A stretch of DNA of 32,000 bases, from contig OZ245049.1 in NCBI GenBank assembly GCA_965224465.1, positions 3,900,001-3,932,000 on the forward strand. The letters run 5' to 3'. Every line of letters starts with the position of its first letter. Positions within the stretch are counted from its first letter, which is position 1. Source of the DNA: Flavobacteriaceae bacterium. GTDB lineage: Bacteria > Bacteroidota > Bacteroidia > Flavobacteriales > Flavobacteriaceae. A model generated the notes under the pieces. It was not told the origin of the DNA and did not search any database. It saw nothing but the letters and a program-made list of their open reading frames with translations. Below are positions 26,501-32,000 of the stretch, piece after piece. The position numbers and the translations under genes are program-made.

Positions 26501-27632
26501 TAAAATTTCAATTTCAGATTCTGGCCCAGGAATTTCTAATGATGAACTGGAGAGTATATTTAATCTGTTTTATCAATCTGAAATGGGGAAAAAACACAAA
26601 GGAATGGGAATAGGATTGGCGTTGACAAAAGATTTGGTAGACCTCCATCGAGGGAAAATAGATGTAAGTTCTTCTCCTATCGAAGGCACCGTGTTTACTG
26701 TAGTGTTGCCTATTTCTGAGGATGCCTATTTAGAAGAAGAACGTGTTGTTGCCGAGTCAAATATAAAAACTATTGACGGTCTGTTTCCTATTCAAGAAAG
26801 TATAAAGAATTTTCCAGTACCTAAAATAAGTAAAACTGTTTTAGTTGTAGAAGATAATATAGAGTTGCAACTTTTTTTAAAGGATTTATTATTGCCCTTG
26901 TACCAGGTTCTCGTTGCAGATAATGGAGAAGAAGGCTATGAATCGGCAAAAGCAAACCATCCCGATTTAATTTTGAGTGATATTATGATGCCTGTGCTAG
27001 ATGGCTTAGAGATGGCAAAATTATTGCAAAAAGATGTGCTTACCCAGCATATTCCTGTCGTATTGTTGACCGCAAAAAACACGACCAATTCTAAGATTAT
27101 AGGTTTGCAGTCTGGAGCTATAGAGTTTATAAAGAAACCTTTTGACACGAAAGAGTTGATGTTGAAAATCAACAATATTATGGTGACAACAGAGCATATT
27201 ATTTCTAAGTTTAGGAAAGAAATTATAAGTCAGCCTATAATTAATATAGAAAAATCTCAAGACGATGTGTTTCTTGAAAGCCTTATTGCGGTAATCAATT
27301 CTAAATTAGAGGATCCAAATTTTAAAATGGAAGAATTGGCAGATGCTTTGCACATGAGCTATTCTGTTTTATATAGAAAATGCCATGGACTAACCAATAA
27401 GAGTTTGGTGGATTTAGTGCGTTTTTTACGCTTGAAAAAAGCAGCTGTCGTGATTGCGAAATTTGGATATAGTGTTGCTGATGCGGCTTATATTTCTGGA
27501 TTTAACGATCCGAAATACTTTTCTAAGTGTTTTAAAAAGAATTTTAAGAAAACGCCTAATGCCTTTAAAAAAGAAGCCCAAGAAATGGGTTCTGAAGCCT
27601 GCTTAAAAAAATACAAATTAGATGTTTTTTGA
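23520..27632 (+). CDS. Hybrid two-component system regulator (periplasmic beta-propeller/Y_Y_Y sensor, HisKA, HATPase_c, REC, AraC-type HTH)
   Basis: Repeated WIGT/WVGT propeller motifs, TM segment IYAYIIYLFIFILIFYSLI, H-box FSKISHEIQTPLT, GMGIGLALTKDLVDLHRGKI, receiver VLVVEDN...DLILSDIMMPVLDG, and a C-terminal AraC HTH (PKYFSKCFKKNFKKTP). Confidence 0.93.
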   Translation: MDKIVDCRFGKYRYFYVFLCLFFELLSIRIVAQEYSNFRHLSPVINNRSVQFQDVFQDQLGYMWMINNGRVKKYDGYSYLSIRVDSIFENPLSNDIVFKGVKDLQNNIWLISKNGLVAVYNIEVGFKSPKWIQGIKVQSISFFENNVFIASKTGGIYRYDLFLDRLEKLTTIPNIFSNKSEITGLVCVNRDELFIAASYGKVYNYNFATKKLEILKAVFSDFLGNVRIIADTQGRIWIGTEIYGVFVYDPEKKEFIQNRLFKKPLYNIKNEMVISMFCDHNGTMWIGTDGGGLYRVQQSGAINLYTYSEINNFSLSSNTIIAIYEDKHRNVWILPNYGSINILVGANNTIGYHQGTENHIPSRVLSVHKTKNGDLWVGTDGQGITRIQNFGKIEQKEKQFFKPIGHEKGMYVQTIVEDSSSNIWFGTYKNGLWHYDTKTSLFDHIRFKNQLGQPVTDVRTIFKDSKNRIWVGSNIAINVYTDNKRLLATFLNNTKGLKGLVTESIIEDKQGGIWIGNLKGGLFKLNEDMEGLNNSFFTYHSYFDEITFDKDVLGITYMSLGEGTSIWLVSNCGVLIEFDTQTGEYTSHRQLNRRANIKILSVLVQDAHNLWLSCYNGIVHYNTLEKSVNRFHDVDGLQDNLFLPRAALKTENGEFYFGGIKGVSHFDPSKIKKTITKANLVINALEVLNKPAGFLIPNQIKNGIEQLKSIVLEADQSSFSFRFSAIDNILKPRFRYAYRLKGFNDDWVVVRKERLATYTNIPYGDYVFEVKAGSKEGGWDVGVKRISIHIKPPFWRTIYAYIIYLFIFILIFYSLIKGISLRRELISGQVISQKEKELHKVKMDFFSKISHEIQTPLTLIISPIDDMLNRAELNGNRLLQQRLQIISNNVKRLSRIVFELTTVRNKELGNARLFVSKNDLCHEISKISISFQEQARLKNIDFSVNCPQNLKEVWYDTDKVEHILYNLLSNAFKFTPKEGNIQLMVVPINNKNSIKISISDSGPGISNDELESIFNLFYQSEMGKKHKGMGIGLALTKDLVDLHRGKIDVSSSPIEGTVFTVVLPISEDAYLEEERVVAESNIKTIDGLFPIQESIKNFPVPKISKTVLVVEDNIELQLFLKDLLLPLYQVLVADNGEEGYESAKANHPDLILSDIMMPVLDGLEMAKLLQKDVLTQHIPVVLLTAKNTTNSKIIGLQSGAIEFIKKPFDTKELMLKINNIMVTTEHIISKFRKEIISQPIINIEKSQDDVFLESLIAVINSKLEDPNFKMEELADALHMSYSVLYRKCHGLTNKSLVDLVRFLRLKKAAVVIAKFGYSVADAAYISGFNDPKYFSKCFKKNFKKTPNAFKKEAQEMGSEACLKKYKLDVF

Positions 27633-27696
27633 TGTGAAAACCTCGTAAACAGCAAGTACTTCTTACAATCTTTTTTTATTCGTAATGATTGTATTT

Positions 27697-28706
27697 TATG
27701 CTTGTCCGCTAGTTTCCCTAATATTTTTGTTGTATTTTCATAAAACATAAATAATCGATATGAGATTAATTGAATTTAGTGAGCACTACCCAGATGAAGC
27801 CAGTTGTAAAGCAGCATTTAAGTCCTATCGCGAAAAAGAAGGGGTTAAGTGTAAAAAGTGTGGAGGAACTACTCATTATTGGAAAAAGAAACGAGAACAG
27901 TGGGAATGTAAAAACTGTACTCACAGAACAACGTTGAAAAGCGGTACTGTTATGCAAAGCAGTAAATTACCTTTTAAGTATTGGTTTATAGCTATGCATT
28001 TAATAACAAGCACAAAAAAATCATTTTCGGCTAAAGAGATTCAACGTCAGATAGGTCATAAAAGATATGAGCCTATTTGGGCAATGGTTCATAAGTTAAG
28101 ATGCGTTATGGGGTTAAGAGACGATGAATATCAGCTTAGTGATGAGGTTGAATTGGATGATGGGTTTTTTGAAACCGTTTCAATAACAAGAGATAAAACA
28201 GCACCTTTAAAAAGGGGGCGAGGAAGTCAAAGACAATCAATAGTATTAGTAAGTATAGAGTCTAAACTAGAATCAGAACACTATAACAGCAAGAAACACA
28301 GGGTGAATAAGAGAGTGAAATTCCTAAAGATGAAAGTAATCAGTTCTTTAAAGAAAGAAGAGGTAGCTCAAACTGTAAATCAAATGGTTGAAGGAGGTAG
28401 CAAAATAATTTCCGATGGATCAAATAGCTTTAATGACTTGACTAAGGATTTTGAACTAGTCTCTAATGTTGTGCCAAAGAAAAATATCAATTCTATTTTA
28501 CCTTGGGTTCACAAAGCAATTAGTAACGCCAAAAGGCTATTACTGGATGTCCATCATAGAATAGATGATGATTTTCTTCAAAATTACTTGAACGAGTACT
28601 GCTACAAATTCAATAGGAGAACATTTAATAACTTATTCGACAGGCTTATGATTGCAGCGGTATCATATAGATGGAATTATCTTGGGGAAGTTAACGGATA
28701 AGCATA
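27697..28706 (+). mobile_element. IS1595-family insertion sequence (1010 bp) with 8-bp target-site duplication
   Basis: IR-L is TATGCTTGTCCGCTAGTTTCCCTAA (27697-). The reverse complement of IR-R is TATGCTTATCCGTTAACTTCCCCAA, matching at 20 of 25 positions. Identical TTGTATTT flanks at 27689-27696 and 28707-28714. Confidence 0.85.
27760..28701 (+). CDS. IS1595 family (ISXO2-like) transposase
   Basis: N-terminal zinc-ribbon (CKKCGG...CKNC) followed by a DDE-type domain. The stop codon lies inside IR-R. Confidence 0.85.
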   Translation: MRLIEFSEHYPDEASCKAAFKSYREKEGVKCKKCGGTTHYWKKKREQWECKNCTHRTTLKSGTVMQSSKLPFKYWFIAMHLITSTKKSFSAKEIQRQIGHKRYEPIWAMVHKLRCVMGLRDDEYQLSDEVELDDGFFETVSITRDKTAPLKRGRGSQRQSIVLVSIESKLESEHYNSKKHRVNKRVKFLKMKVISSLKKEEVAQTVNQMVEGGSKIISDGSNSFNDLTKDFELVSNVVPKKNINSILPWVHKAISNAKRLLLDVHHRIDDDFLQNYLNEYCYKFNRRTFNNLFDRLMIAAVSYRWNYLGEVNG

Positions 28707-28729
28707 TTGTATTTCTTGCGTGTTATAAT

Positions 28730-28768
28730 ACATTTATAAGTGACGGTTTACAAATTGAATTATTTTTT
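28730..28768 (+). repeat. Degenerate solo left arm of the MITE-like repeat (copy G)
   Basis: acatttataagtgacggtttacaaattgaattatttttt. Confidence 0.5.
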
Positions 28769-28935
28769 GGTTCAAAAAAAAGGGTAAAAGAAATACATCT
28801 TTTACCCTTTTTAATTCAAACAATTCAAACAATAAAATAATTCAGTAACCTCGACCCAAGGGGGCGAGGTGTGTTTTCTGAAAGACTTTTTTTATTTCAA
28901 GGCTGAGCCTCAGGAAATACCCTTTAAATAAGGGG

Positions 28936-30288
28936 TTAAAAAGTGTCTTTCATCCAATTATAAGGTTTGGTTTTTATCCAGTTTCCTCTAGTAAAGTCTG
29001 GGAAGTCTTGAGGTTCACCATTATTTTCTATTGATAATTCAGACAATGGAGTAATGGCAGACCATGCAGCCGCATCATAAGCATCCATTGGGGGAGCTAT
29101 ATTTTGTTTAGCAGATTCTACAAAGGCGTTGATTACAAACCAGTCCATACCTCCATGTCCTGCACCTGAAGCTATTTCTCCGTATTTTTGCCATAGTGGG
29201 TGATCGTATTTTTTTAACCAGTTGCTAGCATCATCCCAGCGGTGTGGATCAGAAATACCTTCAATATATATGCGGTTACCGTCTACTTCCCACAATCCAT
29301 TGGATCCTTGAACTCTAAATCCTAGAGAATAAGGTCTTGGTAAATTACAATCATGCGTCACAATAATGCTTTCGCCTTTTGCAGTTTCTATGGTGGTGGT
29401 AATTACATCTCCTTGCTTGAATTTTAATTTGGCATTGGGGTGGTCTTTTCCTCCGTTTTTAACAATATAATCATGCAGTCCGATGCCTTTGGTTGCTGTA
29501 GAAGTAAGGGATGTAAATCTGTTTCCTCTGTTAATATCACACATGGCGGCAATTGGGCCTACACCATGGGTAGGGTATACGTCAGCATTTCTTAATAAAG
29601 AATGTTGTGTACGCCAAACAGATTCTGAAATTCCTTTTTCTCCAAATTCTACTCCTTTGCCATACGCAGATTTTCCATCATTTAGTTTTACAAAACGCAA
29701 ATCGTGTTGGTAGCCACATCTAAAGTGAACCAATTCTCCAAAAACTTGTTGTTTTACCATGTTTAATACCGCCATAATATCTCTTCGGTAATTTACATTT
29801 TCTAGGATCATTAGGTGGGTTCCTGTTTGTTCGTGTACATTTACAAGATCCCAACATTCTTCCAATGTGTTTGCTGCAGAAACTTCTAGGGCAGTATATT
29901 TCCCGGCTTTCATAGCGTTTTTTGCCATGCGCGTATGCCACAACCATGGGGTAGCTATAATTACAGCGTCTACATCTTTTAATGCTAATAAGTTCTTGTA
30001 ATCATTCTCATCTTTACTAAAAACAGCAGGCTTGTCTTGTCCTTTTTTATCAATTAACTTTAGTGCAAGCTTGATTCTTCTTGGATCAATGTCACAAATG
30101 GCAGTTACCAAAACATCGTCTCTATTTAAAACATTGTTTAAGTGATTGGTGCCTCGTAAACCGACTCCAATCATTCCAACTTTTAGTTTTTGTTTCCTTT
30201 TTATAGCGCCAAAACTAAGGTTTGGGCTTAGTGCAATTCCTGCGCCTACAATCGCGGTTTTTTTTATGAAATTTCTTCGTGTACTCAT
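28936..30288 (-). CDS. Tat-exported Gfo/Idh/MocA family oxidoreductase (GH109-like architecture)
   Basis: Twin-arginine signal MSTRRNFIKKTAIVGAGIALS, then the Rossmann motif KVGMIGVGLRGTNH. Confidence 0.85.
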   Translation of the reverse strand: MSTRRNFIKKTAIVGAGIALSPNLSFGAIKRKQKLKVGMIGVGLRGTNHLNNVLNRDDVLVTAICDIDPRRIKLALKLIDKKGQDKPAVFSKDENDYKNLLALKDVDAVIIATPWLWHTRMAKNAMKAGKYTALEVSAANTLEECWDLVNVHEQTGTHLMILENVNYRRDIMAVLNMVKQQVFGELVHFRCGYQHDLRFVKLNDGKSAYGKGVEFGEKGISESVWRTQHSLLRNADVYPTHGVGPIAAMCDINRGNRFTSLTSTATKGIGLHDYIVKNGGKDHPNAKLKFKQGDVITTTIETAKGESIIVTHDCNLPRPYSLGFRVQGSNGLWEVDGNRIYIEGISDPHRWDDASNWLKKYDHPLWQKYGEIASGAGHGGMDWFVINAFVESAKQNIAPPMDAYDAAAWSAITPLSELSIENNGEPQDFPDFTRGNWIKTKPYNWMKDTF

Positions 30289-30326
30289 GAGTAATATGAA
30301 ATTTTGATGTTATTAATTGTTTTTAT

Positions 30327-30845
30327 TTAGCCTATTTTTGATGCCTTTGAGGTTGCATATCCCCAAATGGTGTATTTTCTTATAAAAAATAAGTAGTCGT
30401 ATATTTGTTGTTCTTTGTTCGTAGCATTTTGTTGTTTGCTAGGGTGCTTTTTTATTTCTGATGTTGAGAAATAAGAGGAGATTAAGGTTTCTATGTCTTT
30501 AGTATTTTCTTTGAGAATTGAGGTATTGTATGTCCTTTCAAAGGTGTTTTTAAATGCGATTGCGCCTTTTAAAAATAAATCTTGTTCTGAGGGGGAAATC
30601 ACATCATTTAAAACAAGGTCTATAAATTTAGGGATTTCAACGTTTGCTATTGATTCCGATTGTATAGGAAGGATAATGTGGCTTATCTTTTTTAGAACAA
30701 GTGCTTCTTTTGTCGCTAGAAATAGGGGTGTCCAAGCGGTTTTTGTATTGGTGTTACAGGAAGATAGCAAGGACATTAAAGTAGGTGTAGCAATGGTTGC
30801 TCCTAGAGCATAGGTCATTGTTTTGAGTAGCTTTCTTCTATCCAT
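30327..30845 (-). CDS. Gluconate 2-dehydrogenase subunit 3-like small subunit (Tat signal)
   Basis: MDRRKLLKTMTYALGATIATP twin-arginine-type signal, ~170 aa. Its start overlaps the stop of the GMC oxidoreductase gene by 8 nt. Assignment is largely by context. Confidence 0.6.
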   Translation of the reverse strand: MDRRKLLKTMTYALGATIATPTLMSLLSSCNTNTKTAWTPLFLATKEALVLKKISHIILPIQSESIANVEIPKFIDLVLNDVISPSEQDLFLKGAIAFKNTFERTYNTSILKENTKDIETLISSYFSTSEIKKHPSKQQNATNKEQQIYDYLFFIRKYTIWGYATSKASKIG

Positions 30846-32000
30846 GTTGTTCTTTTTTTAAATAAGTTACGGCATGGTTGGCAGCTCTTGCTGTGAGTGC
30901 CATATATGTAAGTGAAGGATTTTGATACGCAGATGAAGTCATACAGGCACCATCTGTTACATATACATTAGCGACACTGTGTAGTTGGTTAAATTTATTG
31001 AGGACTGATGTTTTTGGATCGTGTCCCATACGTGCAGTTCCCATTTCGTGGATGGCGTTTCCTGGTGCGCTATGGTGGTCATAACCTTGTACATTTTTGT
31101 AGCCTGCGGCATGTAGCATGTTTACAGCTTCTTGCTGCATATCTTTCCGCATCTTGCGTTCGTTTTCTTTGAATTCACAATCAAAATTAACAATTGGCAA
31201 GCCCCATTCATCCTTTTTGTTAGGATCCAAAGATAATTGGTTTTCGTGATATGGGAGTGTTTCTCCAAAACCATTAATACCAATTTTCCATGGACCAGGA
31301 TGGTCTAATTGTTCTTTTAACTCTTTTCCAAAGGTCATTTCTTTAATCGCAGATTTCCAATTTTTACGACTTGCACTTCCTTGGAAACCGTAGCCTCTTG
31401 TGTAATTTGTAGGGTCTCCATGCTGTAGGTTTTTAAATCTAGGGATGTGAAAACTGGCAGGTCTTGTAGTATCGTTCAAATCGTTTTCAAAACCTTCAAC
31501 ATCTGCTGTGGCACCTACTTTAAAATGATGATCCATTAAATTGTGTCCCAATTCTCCACTGTCATTTCCCAATCCATTGGGGAATCTTTTACACGTAGAG
31601 TTTAATAAAATGGCGGTACTCCCTACGGTAGAAGCACAACAAAATATGATGGAAGCTTTATAAAAGGTTTTTATATGAGTATTGGCATCAATAACAAGAA
31701 CTCCTGTTGCTTTTTTTGTTGCATCATCATATATAATTTTGGAAACAATGGCGTATGTTTTTAATGTCATATTTCCCGTGCGTTCCGCAGCAGGTAGGGT
31801 GGCAGCGTTACTGCTGAAATAGGCGCCTAAAGGACAGCCTCTCATGCATTTATTTCTGCGTTGACAATGGAATCGCCCTGTGCGTGTTTTTTGATCGGTT
31901 AAATTTGCAAAACGTCCTATGGTTAGATGTCTTCCTGAGAATTTTTCTCCAAGTGTTTTTTTGAAATGCGTTTCTACGACATTCAAATCCATAGGAGGTA
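30838..32000 (-). CDS. GMC family oxidoreductase, C-terminal part (the gene continues beyond the window)
   Basis: C-terminal GMC motifs (AIHEMGTARMG, NVYVTDGACMTSSAYQNPSLTYMALTARAANHAV). No FAD-binding N-terminus is present and the frame stays open to position 32000, so the Met at 31992 is not the true start. Confidence 0.85.
   Translation of the reverse strand, partial: PPMDLNVVETHFKKTLGEKFSGRHLTIGRFANLTDQKTRTGRFHCQRRNKCMRGCPLGAYFSSNAATLPAAERTGNMTLKTYAIVSKIIYDDATKKATGVLVIDANTHIKTFYKASIIFCCASTVGSTAILLNSTCKRFPNGLGNDSGELGHNLMDHHFKVGATADVEGFENDLNDTTRPASFHIPRFKNLQHGDPTNYTRGYGFQGSASRKNWKSAIKEMTFGKELKEQLDHPGPWKIGINGFGETLPYHENQLSLDPNKKDEWGLPIVNFDCEFKENERKMRKDMQQEAVNMLHAAGYKNVQGYDHHSAPGNAIHEMGTARMGHDPKTSVLNKFNQLHSVANVYVTDGACMTSSAYQNPSLTYMALTARAANHAVTYLKKEQHG

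Noticed and set aside
27488-27748. 86-aa minus-strand ORF spanning the HTCS 3' end and the IS1595 left end
   Set aside because: It is antisense to a well-supported gene and crosses an IS boundary. It is a chance ORF.
28846-28935. Short hairpins (acctcg...cgaggt; ccctt...aaggg) downstream of the Gfo/Idh/MocA gene as terminators
   Set aside because: The stems are only 5-6 bp with weak or absent U runs. Not convincing enough to annotate.
30838-31992. Met at 31992 as the start of the GMC oxidoreductase
   Set aside because: The frame remains open to the window edge and the FAD-binding N-terminal half expected for this family is missing. The gene is truncated by the window.

Overview
Low-GC Bacteroidota (Flavobacteriia-like) chromosomal segment. 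The phylum call rests on a SusC/SusD locus, a hybrid two-component regulator, a TAnnTTTG-type promoter and the lack of Shine-Dalgarno sites. Content from left to right follows. (1) 1-3939 is a head-to-tail array of at least three ~950-bp units, cut by the window edge. Each unit holds a translationally coupled gene pair: a 74-aa protein S and a ~243-aa two-TM membrane protein L. Copy 1 of L is split by an IS30-family element, copy 2 is frameshifted in a poly-T tract, and copy 3 is intact. The copies are near-identical except for a sharply bounded hypervariable transmembrane core. I do not recognise either protein family, and this is my best candidate for an undescribed system. (2) An initiator tRNA-fMet sits at 4608-4680 with its own promoter and terminator. 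(3) Two very small Ser/Gly/Lys-rich ORFs (50 and 47 aa) fall below the ORF-track cutoff. They lie divergent from a LytS-type kinase / LytTR regulator pair whose kinase has no sensor domain. (4) Next come a TPR sensor kinase / NarL-type regulator pair, a 64-aa lipoprotein with a Pro9 run encoded by a (GGA)9 microsatellite, an orphan LytTR regulator with a degenerate receiver, a nitrobindin-like protein and psd. (5) A polysaccharide-utilisation-type locus holds an HTCS regulator, SusC, SusD and two F5/8-type-C lipoproteins, with no glycoside hydrolase in the window. (6) An intact IS1595-family element has 8-bp target duplications. (7) A Tat-exported oxidoreductase trio (Gfo/Idh/MocA, small subunit, GMC) ends the window. 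A ~160-bp MITE-like repeat with imperfect terminal inverted arms recurs at least eight times in intergenic DNA, always in the same orientation. All protein family names come from motif recognition by eye. No database search was possible.
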